From the NCBI RefSeq assembly GCF_964204645.1, contig NC_134030.1, positions 5,126,778-5,190,777 on the forward strand: a stretch of DNA of 64,000 nt. Direction: 5' to 3'. The notes below the pieces were generated by a model. That model made no database searches. It saw nothing but the letters and a program-made list of their open reading frames with translations, and was not told the DNA's origin. Each line of letters opens with the position of its first letter. Position 1 is the first letter of the stretch. Source of the stretch: Tubulanus polymorphus (Eukaryota; Animalia; Nemertea). Position numbers and translations under genes: made by a program. Positions 11,817 to 25,742 of this stretch are shown here, in pieces.

Positions 11817-14800
11817 TCATTTGCAGGATGCATTATTCAAAAACGTGTCGATCAACCTGGACAAAAAATGAATAAAACGCAACTTGATTTAACAGTGAAT
11901 CATGAATAAAACAAATCGAATTTGTGATTCATGTAAGAAAATTGGTTTGAACTAATGGTTCAAATGAAAACAGATTTTCTAGCTAGCACACTTTTGAATT
12001 CGTTAAGTGACTTGAAATTAGACGAACTTTTTTGTTGAATAAATACCTCAGTTTTTGTTCGTAAGTCGATCTTTGTTGACGCAGCAGTTGTAACATGGAG
12101 TCATTAGTGAATTCATCTCCCGATGAATCGGGCTCAACTACTCGCTGATGTTCTGTTGATGTTTCTGGCGATATCGAATCCTTGGTTTCACGGTCAGACG
12201 CAGGTTTTTCAGTAGACTCATGCAGTTCCATTGTTTCATCCTCCGAAAATGAAAACAACCGATCAGAGACGACCTGCGTGAGATTAAAGTGATCAAGTTT
12301 CTTGTTATAAAATTACCATACTGATATTTTGTACATTAGCAGGTGGCCACTTTCCATCAATTCACAGATTCTTTGAATCATGTTATAACTAAAAATTGAG
12401 GAATTTCTCACTTTAAAATGTTACAATTTATTCATTTTTTGTCAATCAAGCGGCCAATCCAAATTCCCTGAGTTTTCCAGGTTTTTTTTTGCAATAAATG
12501 TCAAATTTCTTGAATTTTCCCTGATTTTTGTCGAGATTTTTCTGATTCCCTGAGTTTTTTAGGTCTCTGCCCAAACTGAGTAGACCCCTCATAACTCAAA
12601 TCCATTAGCCTTAGGACCAATGATCTTTGTTTGAGACAATGACAAAGACATCAATTCACATTCTGCTGCAATGGTTTCAAGAGTGTTAGAGTTGAATAAT
12701 AAGTTAAGTGATAATTCGAGTTAAGAGGCGTCTACTCTATATGACACAATCTAGAAACCAGCAGTTTTTAAATCACCTGTCCAATTGTTTGTTTAACTGT
12801 TTCAGTCTTTCTAGTCGGCATGGTTACTGGCATTTTGCGCGATTTTTTACGATCCTTTCGTCGTACGGACATCCGTTTCAAATCGGAGTCAGATTTCTGA
12901 TCGTCCGTCGTCGATTCATCTTCCACCGATTCGGAAATGCGTAATTTCTGCTGCGTCGTTGCTTTCATTTTGTGTTTCAATTTTTCGGGTTTTTGTTCAG
13001 CTGGTGGATTTTTGTCCGCCTCATCTGAAACAGTTCAACGGTTCACAATTAATGATTTTGTACTACTGTTGTGTGTTGAAAACCCCATTAAAAATCAACA
13101 TCACCGTTATTAACAGCAACCCACGATGTAAATCTAAGAGGATCAACAGAGGATAGGAAAAACTGAGAAAAGTTTCAACTGTGGAGAACATTGAAAAAGG
13201 AGAAACTGATTTTTATCAATCTGTTAATATCTCTTTAAGAGAGCTTCCTGGTATAAAATAATAACCCCCTATCATTGTAACTATGATTGTCATTTCAAGA
13301 ACCCTGAAGATGGTTGTTTAAATTCATATTGTCAAGTTTCGCTTAATGATATTCATCAAGACTGAAAATATACTACATCTTGAAAATATATTACATCTTG
13401 AAAGTCGTTTCCTTAAAGGATTAATAATTACCCGAGTGCTTCGCATCTTTCCGAACAATAGACAGGAATAGTTTACACAATTCAGGATGAATATTGTCAC
13501 GGTTTGATTCCATATAATTCAGTAAGTTCTCCCTCGGGGAAGCCGTTAACTCCACTGCTTCCCCTGGTTGCGTTTGTTCCTGTGGCAGCTGTATTTGCAG
13601 TCCTTGCCTTGAATCGCATGCTGCATCAGTATTCTTATCCAGTTCAGCCAACGCTGAATTTGAATCAGTTTCGTGCATTTTTTGAGTATCCTCTTCCTGC
13701 TTTGGCTGCGACTGTTCTACGGATTTCTCCTTGATTCTGGGTGCTATGTTCTGTTGATGTGGACATGGAACTAGATCGCACAATAAATGTAAATGAGGCT
13801 CCACCTGATCACCAGGTTTTCGTGTCAAAGTTGGACTTGCTATTTGCGGAGTGTATTTTTCAGTTTTTTTAGCGTGTGTGCTGGTGCTTGGTTGTGGCTC
13901 GGAATGTTCAGATGGAGGAGGGAAATCTGAATTGGCCGGAACTGATTTCAAAGCTGGACTGCTGCCATTGTCTAAACCGACTGATTTAGGAGTAAGTAAC
14001 ATAGGATCTGGAACCTGAAGTGGAAAAATATCCAAAATCATTAAGAGCACAATTAAGTGGAGTTTCAGATCAGAGAATCCAAAATGTTCTGATATCAATA
14101 TTTCCATGACCCTTGACCAAAAAATTCCCTGATCAAATTATAAGATATCCTCAGTGGGGACTGTTTTCCCCTTTGTTACTTTTGTCAGCAGAAAGAACAA
14201 CAAGACACCAAAAACCTCAATTCCATGTCTTTCAAGTAATTAGTCAGAACTCCTGATTTTCCCTGCTGATATGTGCCACTATATTATTCTTTTGTCATGG
14301 TTATTAACTGAAATAACTTTCTAAAATCTTCATTCTTTCACAGAGTACTAAATGAAATTCTATACTTTACCATCAGTGGTTTGAATGACAGTTGGTTGTG
14401 TGTGGGAGGAGTTTGCCGAGCGATTTCCAGTCGACGTCGCATGCGCCATTGCTGTAAGATGTCATCGTGCGGTTTTCTCTCGATGGCTGCGCTTCGTTTT
14501 AATAGATCGGGATATTTTCCTTGGAGAAAACTTTTCATTGAAGACGAACTCAATTTATTTGCAACATTTTCTTTGTCTGAAATCGAAGTTGCATTCATAC
14601 AATTCATGTTTCTTTTGAAACGACAAAATTTAACGCGCTACCATTTCTTTACCGGCTTTAACTTTTGGAGGTAATATTTTAGTGAATTCTGGACGATAAG
14701 GAGCCTCATCAACTGAACCGCCACCAGCACTACTAGGTGATGTACTTCCTAAGCCATCTGTACTAACAATCGGTCCTGAACTTAACGCCGACTCACTGCA

Positions 14801-17609
14801 ATAACATAAAGAACGTTTGCAATTCAAATTGATTAAAGAACATCGATTTGTCTGATTGAGAAAGTGAATTAACTTGATAAGATAAAAGGTAAATCCTTCC
14901 ATATATTTTCATTATATCTGACCATTTTTGAATATGGAATATATACCAATGATTACTCACCTAACTTCAATGAGGTTATCCGCCAATGTTTGGAGTTTTC
15001 TTGTTTCTTCATCAATTGGAGACATTGGCAATCGATCCTTACTCTGAATCTACAAAACATAAATAGAACATCTTACTGATGAATAAAAACAAACAGAATG
15101 TAAATATTGCCAGAAATAGATTTTGATGACTAAATAGACTTCAATCTTACTGGGAATTTATCATTGTACGGAGCTAACAGTATACGTGATGATTGGTGTT
15201 TAGTTTTATCGCTTGGAGAACTATCATCAATCGGAGTAGAACTACGCTCCGGGACTGGAGCAGGCTTCAACCACCAGAAGTCTTTCTTTTCATCAGGTTT
15301 TTGGCGTTCTTCGCGACTGGTTGGTTGTCCATAGCGAAAACGGCTGATATACCTGAACACACCAATGAAAAAGAAATACAAACACGCCGTAAAGTCTCGA
15401 CAATATGAGATGTGCTGGGTGGTGTAAGCTATTGGTTACTGGTCTGCCAATCTATGTTTATAACTGTTCGTCTCGGGCTTCGACACCCTGGACCTACTAA
15501 TAATGTCTTTGGATAAAAGCTAGTACTCTTAAGTGGGTCGAGGGATAAAAAAAATTGATAATTGTCCTACTTTTCAAGCGTTGATTGAGACTCTTTGGTC
15601 GATTGTTCTTTAGTCTGTTTCTGAGGAATGTAATCAAGGAACGGCCACTGAATGTCGGAGCTGACTGGACTGACGACATCGCCGGGGATACTGCACAGAA
15701 AAATAAATATATAATTAGAATAAGGTAATGACCACAGCTCATAATAAGAGATATAAACACAATCATGTAGAACTTCTTTCCAAAAATCATTCGAATGGTT
15801 CTTCACAAAATCTACAATGTCCACCTTCTGGAATATATATGCAAAACTTGAAAAAAATATATGAAAAGAAATTTAATACTTTGATGAATGGAACCTCCTT
15901 CATTTTACTTTTTGATCTTCATTTCTATTTCTTACCCGATGGTAGATGGTCTTTCGCTAGTCGGCCAAGACTCATCTAATTTTGCCGAAACTGCATCATC
16001 TCCGGGACTGGAAACAGTGTTCACTCGATACTGATTACTACCAGTTAAAAACTCTTCCGTTTCAGGGCTGTTTTTCTTTTGTAGCTCCATTTTCTGAATG
16101 ACTGGTGAAGAATGTTCGGGGCTACTTAAAAACGTCTGAAATATTTATGAAAAAAGTGTCGGCATTTCTTCGAACAGTGTTTGTATATCGAACTACTGAC
16201 TTTTTCAAGCACCGAGTCAACAAGAAAACTCATTTTTGGTTTTCAGTACATATAGCTCTTTTCAAAATGACCCCTTTTAGTCATGATATCCTATAATGAC
16301 TATTAATTCATTACCCTTTTCTCCTTTTTAGAAATATTTCTCTCTGGTGATGGGTAATAAAATGCTTTTTGTAATGGTTCTTCGTAAAAAGGGTTCCTGT
16401 AAAATAAAAATTTCACAAAAAATGAATGAAGAAATGGAAAGGCAATAAATAAAAGGAAGTGGGTATTTTGCCAGTACTGCATTACTCGTGTAAACGCTAT
16501 TTTACCAATGGTATAGGCCTAAAGATATACTACTTTTGATAAAAATATTCAATAAAATTATTCTATGCTTATTAGGTTAAGGGATAGGGCTTTGGTATGG
16601 TTAGGGTCTAGAGGATCCGAAGGGTTAGGGTCCTTTTTACAGCTAGGGATTGGTTTAGGTTAAGAGCTACTTTGTAGCAATGGACCCAGAGGGGGGTTTG
16701 GGGTGTTCGAAAAATTCCATCCGACATTGACCTATGACAAAAGTCCATAGTACTTCTTAAAGCTGTATTACGGTAATATGCAATAAAATTGTATAAAAAT
16801 GTACCTACATTTTCTGGGGGAGGAACCAGACCCCCCTACAAGGCCATGTGGGGATGAGGTTGGCGAGACTACCTCCATGTGTAATAAAGTGCCCTTTGCG
16901 GGGCAACCCCGCCCTTTCTCCCAGCCTAATCCGCCCCTGCGTAGTTAAAATATTCAGTGGGGTTTTAAAACAAACTTTGGTAGTCTAGACTAGTGGGTAG
17001 GTCTAGGTTTGAATAGGCCTACTGCTGTTTTCCCGAATTCTGACTCCACACTTTCCTTAAATTCCACAGTCAGTACAATTAGCCAATCAGAATGGACCAT
17101 TGGCAAAATTGGGTTAACAGCAATAATGCTTCATGCCATTCATTGACAAAATATTGTTCATTGACACTACCTATCATTCAAAACTGCAGTTGAGACGTCT
17201 GTAATTAGTAACCTGTCTGTGGTTTAGTTTCACGATCGGATATTTTCATAAACCACAATAAGTTGGTATAAGCCCATCCGATTATAAAAAGCTTACCACC
17301 AACGATTAGTAGGTAACTAAGTCTACTAAGACGTCTACTACTACTACTACTACTACGACCATACAAGTATTGGTTATCAGTTTTCTAGGCATTGGAATTT
17401 CTGGGACCACTTCTTTTTAGTAAAATCTTTGTAAGAAGCTTCCTATTTAAAAGGATTTTTGAGATAAGACGATTGATGGGGTTCCTATTTCTACTTTTAA
17501 ATAAAATTTGAATTTAATTGATTGTTCAAGATGTCACGGTAAACGTTTGTGACACCTTGACTTTGAGAACCTTTACACAATACCGGAGTTACCTTGATTT
17601 TGCATCCAT
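11817..17609 (-). CDS. PROSER3: Proline- and serine-rich protein 3-like (multi-exon)
   Basis: Conserved blocks: N-terminal NPFYEEPLQKAFYYPS (exon ~16316-16397), YISRFRYGQPTSREER, DDILQQWRMRRRLEIAR and C-terminal DEFTNDSMLQLLRQQR. Start exon ATGGATGCAAAATCAAG|gt at 17609-17593; last exon LIDTFLNNASCK* ends at 11817. Confidence 0.8.
16452..17062. mobile_element. Non-autonomous element with internal degenerate (GGTTAG)n tract, copy 1, with a nested GC-rich MITE-like insert (~16676-16939)
   Basis: Shares its left end (aaggaagtgg..tattttgcca..aacgcta.ttt.ccaatgg) and right end (ctccacactttcctt.aatt) with 19815-20170. The two ends are imperfect inverted repeats. Confidence 0.55.
17335..17356. repeat. 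(CTA)n microsatellite
   Basis: About 7 CTA units in PROSER3 intron 1. Confidence 0.85.
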
Positions 17610-18062
17610 TTCAATGATTAATAATGATCTAAATGAAGGTTTTTGATGAAAAATAGGCGAATATTTATCAAGTTTTATGCATTTAGTCGATTTTTTGAAA
17701 ATCCGACGTTCTCCACATCATCAACCGAATTTAGGCAGCGCCACTACGGAAAAGACGGTTTGCGGACTGTAAGCTTATAGCGGACATCGGGCGAGTTCGG
17801 TAAGGGCTCCTCCTGCAATGGGGCCTTCATCTGTCGTCCTGAAAAAGTCTTAAGACCACTTGAACTTAAGTCACAACTGGGCCCAGGGTCCTGACTTAGA
17901 GGCAGACTCCAACATGATGATCTCTAGGTTCTAGGATCTATGCTCCAACTAATAAAAGAAAAGATGGCTTTTTGTAAATAAATAAGAAAGAAACACAACA
18001 ACAAATCTATCTGCATCTACCCTTTTGATATCAACTACTTAAATTAGTTCTATTTGCATCGG

Positions 18063-19088
18063 TGTCACGGTCAAAAATAACCGATAGACGAGAAGCGACG
18101 ACGTAACTTCCACTATAGATACATTCAGTCTATTCCACCATACTGGCAACAAGACCTATCCAAAAACTGCCCAATGTTACTGCTGGCATTTTTACCAGTG
18201 AAATCGGAAAAATCAATGGAAACGCATTATACCAAAAATGCATATGTATTTTTGATATTATGCAATACTGAATTTAAATGCACACTTTTGGTACGTAACA
18301 CACTTTTTACAGTGAGTTGTAACACATCTCAAAAATATCAGTAAACGATTCCATTACACTATTCTAAGAATATTTATCTTAGTCAATACGTTTTTTTTTC
18401 AAATTCATAACGACTAGACAACACTTGCAAATCAGTCTTTAAAAGACTCTCGAACGATTCTCAACCGGGATTTTCCAAAAACGAATCCTTTTTTCGGTGG
18501 TCATTTTCGCAACAATAATTTCACAGAAAGTTAACGTGGCTGAGCAAACAAGTACTGACCAGTTTCTTAACAACGGTTGCGAAACCCGGAGACATACGAA
18601 ATTCTCAAGATCCGCAGTTTCGGTGGCCCAATTTTCGCAACAATAAATTCACTAGACTTAACGGGGCCCTGGAAAGGGTCGGAGCAAAGGACTAACACAG
18701 TACCCTAAACCTACGAAACGTGCACTCAGCTCCGGAGTAAAGGCTGGTCCGTGGAGCAATTCGTCGCTAATTTCTCATCTTTCCGGACGAGCCCCATTTC
18801 TGTTACTGTTTCTGTTACGGTTCGAAATAAGCGCCGATAGACGAGAAGCAATTTCCATGTAGAAATAACCAACGACGAGAAACTTCTATATATTCCCCTC
18901 GCTTTATTCACCATACCAACCAACAAGACAAAGCCAAAAACTGTCTTAATGTCACTGGTGGCTTTGTAATTTATTAAATGTTACTAAACCATTCTACAGT
19001 AGCATGAAATCACAGTATTGATATCCACCAGTGACATCAATCAGGACAACCATTTGAAATGCATTCAGGATTAAAAATGCACACTTCG
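18063..19088. repeat. Diverged direct duplication (~18063-18290 and ~18814-19088)
   Basis: Shared blocks in the same order: ccgatagacgagaagc, caccatac..caacaagac..ccaaaaactg, aatgcacactt. Confidence 0.7.
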
Positions 19089-19563
19089 GGTTGTACGCCG
19101 GTAACAATCGGAATCTATCTTTTCAAATCTAAATGCTAATGCTATTGAAAAAAAAAGAATTTATCCCTATGATCACCGGTATAGTGAACACCGAGTCTTC
19201 GCAGGGATTGATTTTTAACAATGCTTTGAAAGAACGCAACTTACGGTTATGAGGGACCCTGAATGGAAACAGGACCGGCAGCATGATGACATCAATCATG
19301 ATGCCCGGAGGAAAATTTCAAAATTTGTATTTGTGCAACTGTTGCGCGTTGGTTTCAATTTACTGAGAAACAATTTCTTAATATGGTTGAAGAGCCGATG
19401 GAGTAGTCACCGATAAGCTGCGCTACTTATTTGTGGCATTCCAAACCACGGGTAGACTTGTTACCGGTTTGTTCGAAGTTCGAGGTTGAAACCGCTTTTT
19501 AGACTCAACCAAGGCGGCGCCACTATACTGTCAATCATCAATATAGTTACTTGAATTTACAAA

Positions 19564-22327
19564 ATGGAAGGTGAAGAAGCCAAGAAGAGTAAGACGTCGT
19601 TGGAAGCTTCGGCGGCGAGTAATTCCCCAAAACCGGAAAGCCACAAACCTGACATTTTAACGAGGAAAGATTTAGTCGACGATGACGATGAGTTAAACGA
19701 ATTATTGGACAGTGAGTATTGCCACGCTCATTATTTAACAGTAGTAGTAGCTATGTAAACCATGCTAACTTAACTATCTAATCTAAAAAGTTTCCTTTCA
19801 ATTTGATTTTTTTGAAGGAAGTGGTCAGTGGATATTATTTTGCCAATGCAGCGAGATTTTAGTTAACGCTACTTTGCCAATGGCTATATATGATAAGATA
19901 TACTAATGAAATATAACACTAAAATCAACATAGGCATTGCCTATTGGGTTTCAATAGGGGTAGGGTGAGGTTTAGGGGCCTTGCCGGCCTTTGGATAGGA
20001 TAGGGCTAGTGTTAGGGTAAGATGAGGTTGTATGTAGTAACTTACAGCTGGTTTGCAGTGAGCTTGGTGGTCTGGTGGAAAGTCATTAGTCTAGCAATCT
20101 GCTGGTACGGGTTCGAATCCCGCTCTACGCTGCTATTTTCTCTAACTCTTCTCCACACTTTCCTTGAATTTTTTAAGTCGCGCACCTCAGTGCTTTAACT
20201 GAAGGTGACTCAATTTGTGCGATGTCCCAGTGTAATCAAAGTACTAAAGCGATTTGATACGAGTTACTTAATTCTTTTTATATTTTAAGGTGCATTAGCA
20301 GACTTTGACAGACCAGTTACATCTAGTTCGGTTGATGATGCGTCGGCCTCTGGTGAAGTTAGTAGCCCAGCTCTCTTTTTCTGACAAAATCTGCACCGAC
20401 AGAGAATCTGAATCAATCATTTTTAACATGATAAGCTGATTATATAGGCCCTATATATGACTTATATAAGTCGATAAGTTGAAGTGGCAATTAACTGAAT
20501 TCAGATATAACAAACCAGAAATAATGACTGAAATAAGAAGCAAAATCTAATGATGATTATATATTTTTACTGCAGCGTCAGCAATATACTTACTAATAGT
20601 TATTTTAACAATGTTTCTCTGCGATAGATGCAATCATCCCCTACTGAGGGTGGAGCCGGTGCTGTTTCAGCCGATCAGGAGACGATGTTTAACGATATAT
20701 TCGCGTCCGGACTCGCTGATGAAGCGACGAAACATTTCGAAGAAGCGATGAAGTCTTTACTCTCCGAAGATCCGAATATGATGCAGCAATTCGAACAATT
20801 GTCTAAAGCGGCCGGTCACATTGGTAACGTATTCAGAAAATCAGTCAAACTCTGGGCCCAGTTGCACAGTCATGACTTAAGTCAAAAAGTGGTCTTAAAT
20901 CTTAAGACCAGTCTTAAGTTGTTAGATTGGCTATAGAACTAAGTTGGTCTTAGACTTGTCTTAAGTCTGAGCCGTGACTATGCAACCGACCCCTGTCTTT
21001 ATTCGTCATCAAATAACTCTTCACGTAGGCCTGTAACTATCCATCTCAAAGTGAGTGAAATCTGTATTATTTATTTGGTTTATCCGTGTGTAGGTGATGG
21101 TGAAGAATCGCAACAGAATTTTGTCGATGCACTTCAGGCGACTGTTGGTAGCATGGCTAAGAATGCACAAGGCTTACAGGAGGTAGAAACAAAACTAATT
21201 TGTTCCAGAATTCATCCAGGGATCAATCATACTTTGAGATTTCTTTAGTGGGGGCGTTTTAATTTCCAAATTCTTGTATCACTGTTAAATGATTGGGATT
21301 TTATGCCAGTAATTCCATTCATATCTTATCCACCACAAACATCCTTGTCGGGGCTGCTTGTATCATTCATCAGAGGTTGTTTCATTTGTTGCAGGGAGAA
21401 ATAAGTGAAGATGACATCATGAAAGCTATGTCGAGTTTAGGTCTCGGTCCGGAGTTGAACACACCGGGTGAGGGTGAACCTGCTTTCATTCCACTCATGC
21501 AACAGATGATGAAGAGTTTACTCTCGAAGGAAGTGCTGTACCCGTCACTGAAGGAGATCTCCGAAAAGGTAAGCAACTGGTTGAAATTCAAAATTGGTCG
21601 GTTATACGTTGAATTAAAGTGGCGTAAAAGTAGCCACCTTATCTTATTCCCTCCCTGTCAAGGAGCAAATTAGTACTTGGCTAGATAGATGACTGCTGAG
21701 CACTGAGTAGAGTAGCTTGGACATTACTTCCGACGACAGAGATGACAGTAAGAGATAGACAGTCAACCCCCGATATACCGCCCACATCGATGCAGAACGA
21801 TTTTGGCGGTATATCGGCCAGGATGTTTTACTATGTATTTGTATTTAGACGTACACTGAGAAAAACTGGCAGTAGGCGGGGGTGGCTGTTTATTGGGGGG
21901 GGGGCGGAGTTGACTGTAATACATATGAATAGCTTTTATACAATAGACTGATTAGATTAGATCAGATTGAACCAATTCCATCTAAATGTCTTATCTAATA
22001 TTTGTCACCGTTTCGATGTTATTACAGTATCCGGATTGGCTTTCGGTGAACAAAGCGAAAATCGACGCGAGTGAATATGATAACTATAACAAACAATTCC
22101 AACTGATGAAACGTATTTGCGATGAATTTGATGCCGAAACGGAAGCTGACACCGACGAGAGCAAACGAGAGCGATTCGAGCGTATTCTAGATCTCATGCA
22201 ACAGATGCAGGAATGCGGACAACCGCCGGCGGAAATCGTCGGCGAAATGGCTCCCGGGTTACAGTTCGACGCCAACGGAATGCCGACCCTTCCGGACGGT
22301 GCCGCTGCGCAGTGTAGTTTAATGTGA
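19564..22327 (+). CDS. PEX19: Peroxisomal biogenesis factor 19; exons ~19564-19711, 20290-20357, 20628-20823, 21094-21183, 21395-21568, 22028-22327
   Basis: DDELNELLDSALADFD (PEX3-binding helix), MMKSLLSKEVLYPSLKEISEK|YPDWL, LMQQMQECGQPP and a C-terminal CAAX box CSLM*. Confidence 0.97.
19815..20170. mobile_element. Non-autonomous element with degenerate (GGTTAG)n tract, copy 2, containing a tRNA-derived segment
   Basis: Termini homologous to 16452-17062; lies in PEX19 intron 1. Confidence 0.55.
20055..20133 (+). mobile_element. tRNA-derived SINE-like head / tRNA pseudogene (AGC anticodon loop)
   Basis: A-box TGGTCTGGTGG, loop CTAGCAA, and an intact T-arm CGGG-TTCGAAT-CCCG (B-box). The anticodon and acceptor stems do not pair properly. 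Confidence 0.6.
20852..20995. mobile_element. MITE (~145 bp) with imperfect terminal inverted repeats
   Basis: ctgggcccagttgcacagtcatgac...gccgtgactatgcaaccgacccctg with internal cttaagac repeats. An inverted fragment of the same family lies at ~17847-17886. Confidence 0.7.
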
Positions 22328-23223
22328 TTCGCGCACGCTAGATGGCGCCGCTTCCGAGTATTTTCGTGTTTCTAGTCCTACCGAATAATCGTTTAGGGGC
22401 ATTTTAATCAGTGTTTTAAAAACGATGTCGAAAAAAATGATGATAAAAAGCGTTGCTTATCTTTAAGTCGACTCAGCGGCGTGTAAATCTTTTTAAGAGA
22501 ACTGCTTACCCTGAATGCAATGTCAATCTTACCCACCAATAAAGCTTAAATAGAAAACCAGCTTCAAAGTAGTTTGTAAGAAGAGCGACTTTGTCATTTT
22601 AGGAATCTACTAAGCCAGGGTAGTGAGGTCTCGTGCTTTCAGTGTGTTTATGTTTGATGATGAACAAATTGATTTCTGTACAAAGTGTTTGATAGTCAGT
22701 TGAATGAGGCGAATAATTAATACTATTGTAAGACTAGAGGCGCGAATGTTTTCCTTTTTGTTGCATAATTTATGAATTGTTTGATAATGATATCGATGGT
22801 TGAATGTTACGTTCGTTTTTCGTTTGAATGACAACAGTTTTAGAGGATTAATTAAATGATTTTTATATTCGATTGAATGAATAGGCTCGTTGAATGGCCA
22901 GCGATTTACTTCGATAGTTTTGAGATAATGAATTAGGTCAGGCTGTAATTTTAGACGGGCGTATCTCAAATGCAATGTTCGATTGTATTAAACATTTTTA
23001 TAGGAAATGAATGGTCAAGTTGCTGACAGATTTGTGCGTGGAACTATTATTGATGTAGTTCAACAAAAGGCATTAATATATCTTCTTATATTTGTATAGA
23101 AAAGCTTATTATTTGATTGAATATGGTGTCCGAAACTATGTGCTCATAATTATTAATGAAATATAAATCGATCATTCTTCAAAATATGGACTGAGTTATT
23201 CAAATATAGTCTTTTAACGAAAC

Positions 23224-23533
23224 ATCTCCATTCACTCTGCATCTGGATATCTTCATTCACTCACATTCCATTCCAGAACATTTTCCGACTTCAGTTATAG
23301 TTACTTCAGATATACTGCTGATGTCCCTTGATGTAATCAACACGGAAATGATTTCACCATTCGGTGAAAGTAGAAATTTTACATTCTCTAAATTTGAATG
23401 ATTTGGGCCCAATTAAGGACAAAAAGGAGGCTATCAAGTCGAATTTTTGTCGCCATTCCGGTCTAAATGAATCAGGTTTGATCTCGTCAGCGACTAAGAA
23501 TGCAATTTTAGGATTTGGATTTTTCAATCGAAC
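23224..23533 (-). pseudogene. JHAMT-like methyltransferase pseudogene fragment (exon 2 plus a trace of exon 3)
   Basis: RLKNPNPKIAFLVADEIKPDSFRPEWRQKFDLIASF aligns with exon 2 of both intact copies, then frameshifts. No exon 1 or exon 4 was found. Confidence 0.85.
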
Positions 23534-23858
23534 AATAAAAACCAAACAGTCATAAAAACACTAATACAAAATCTGCTTTCTAGATCGTTCCCATTGACGC
23601 GTAAGCAATACATAATTAAAATACATAATTGTCCCATTCAATATTCACAAAATGCATGTTTACACATTGACTGTCGATATGTAGCATACGTTTTAACACG
23701 TCGGCTCAGTGTGGTTCTCTCTTGTTGAAAATAAAGAAATATATACCGATCAGAAACTCTACATGTGGGAAAGAAAATTCGATTTATTTCATTCAATGTC
23801 ACCTTACTGAGTGATGTGCGAGAATAAAATGACAGCGATATTTGATATGAAATGGTAG

Positions 23859-24989
23859 TCATCTCGCATTTACCTTGTTTTGTAAATGAATGATATTCGC
23901 GTAGCCTGTATTGTGTATTTTCCCATTTTTATCCGGAGGAAACTTTTCCAAGTAAAGATCGAACGCATCATCCATGAATTCAGAGATTTTTAATTCGGGA
24001 ATTCGTTCTAGATGAGGTAGAACCGCTCTGGAGGACCCTAGAAAAAATACACAACGCATTGAATGCCCTGTTTCATTAGATGACAAAATAATCTAAATGG
24101 CCTGGTTCATGACTTATTCACCTTTAGCAGACTGAAGATCAGTATGCGTGTAGTCGATATAAGTGCGTGTGCACTGTTTGACAGTAAACCCTAATGATTC
24201 AGCCATTCGTTGATAGCCAGTGACCGCATCAGGATATCTCCATTCCGTGTATTCCTCAAAACCCGGCTCCAAAGACCATTCCGGTGTATATCCCTATAGA
24301 ATGGTTAATAACAATTATCTCGAGACATAACTGGAGAACCTAAACCAATTTGAACATGACTGATTTTAAATCCAGTACAATTTCCTTTCACATCTGAATG
24401 TACGTACACGTATAGGACAACTTACTTGAAAATAAGGAGACCATTTCTCCGATTTTGTTACTTCAGATATACTGCCGATGTCTCCTGATGTAATCAACAC
24501 GAAAACTATTTCACCATTTGGTGAAAGCAGAGATTTTATATTCTCTAAATTTGAATATTGATTCGGGGTCCAGTGAAGAACAAAAAAAGAAGTTATCAAA
24601 TCAAATTCCTGTCGCCATTCCGGCCTGAATGAATCAGGTTTGATCACGTCAGCGACTAAGTATTCAATTTTAGGATTTGGATATTTCAATCGAGCAAATT
24701 CAATCATTGATTCATTCTGAAATAAGATTACACCAATTAAAGGTATTCATAATCAAAAATTTAGAATAAACCCTCGTGGATTTTCTATATTTACCTTATC
24801 AAAAGCGATTACATTTTCAACATCGTTGATTTCATTTAGTATTGTATTAGTGACCTCTCCGCTACCGCAGCCTATATCCAATACATTCCTGTAACCATTT
24901 TGACGAAACTCAATCGATGACAAAATATCAGCAGCCCATTTTTTTTGTAAATCATTATTGTCTGCGTAAATTTGCCCTGTTGGATTCAT
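23859..24989 (-). CDS. Class I SAM-dependent methyltransferase, juvenile hormone acid O-methyltransferase-like, copy B (4 exons)
   Basis: Y..NNDLQ N-terminus, VLDIGCGSG SAM motif I, FDLITSFFVLHW, LLSPNGEI, SEKWSPY. Exons ~24989-24795, 24716-24426, 24293-24122, 24037-23859. Confidence 0.88.
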
Positions 24990-25742
24990 TCTAATTTGCT
25001 AATGCGCGCGACCGTGTATATCGACAGTTCGTACTAATAGCGGGAGTCGTCGATTCCTCACAATACACCAGCGACACCATTATCTTAGAAATAGGCTTTA
25101 ACTTCCATGAGCCAAATATTTGTATTTGGAATACTGATAAAACCACTAATATCAAATTCGTACAAGAAGATTGTTATCATTTATTAAACTCTAAAAGCGT
25201 AATTTTGATTTTTGTTTTTACGTGTTTTTTTCGATTGTAATGAAAGCTGTTAGTTGGTTCAGATGTGTTTACAGTAGAGAGAGAGAGAGATGATGAGGCA
25301 TTCCACCTGATGATGGCTGTTAGTCAACAGTAGAAACGTTGTGGTTTCGTTTCAATAAATTATTTCATTTAAACTTAAAATTGCGGGACTTCGATTATTC
25401 GAAGTGCTAGGGTTAGCTCATGTCGGGCTGTGCGACGGGATGGTACCGACGATGACGATACGATAAAAATCATTTGTATTGACGAGAAGAAACACGAACG
25501 TAAACCGGCTTATATGCGTACACAGAAGGTTTTTATTGTCCTTCAGCATTCAATCAAAATATTTTCACGTCGATCTGTAGCAAACGTTTTTTTTTAATCA
25601 CGATGACTCATTTGCCGTTGTTCATTGTTATGGCAATTAAAATCATATCTTATTACTATAAGAAACGTTTATATTCCGAATTTTCAATACATGGAGAGGT
25701 AGTAGAATGACAGCGATTTTGATATACACGTGACCACAGCGA

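Noticed and set aside
16570-16665. Telomere or chromosome-fusion relic (TTAGGG-like)
   Set aside because: Degenerate, short, and embedded in a dispersed repeat with a second copy at ~19950-20030.
20055-20133. Functional tRNA-Ala(AGC) gene
   Set aside because: The acceptor and anticodon stems do not pair and it sits inside a repeat; better explained as a SINE head or pseudogene.
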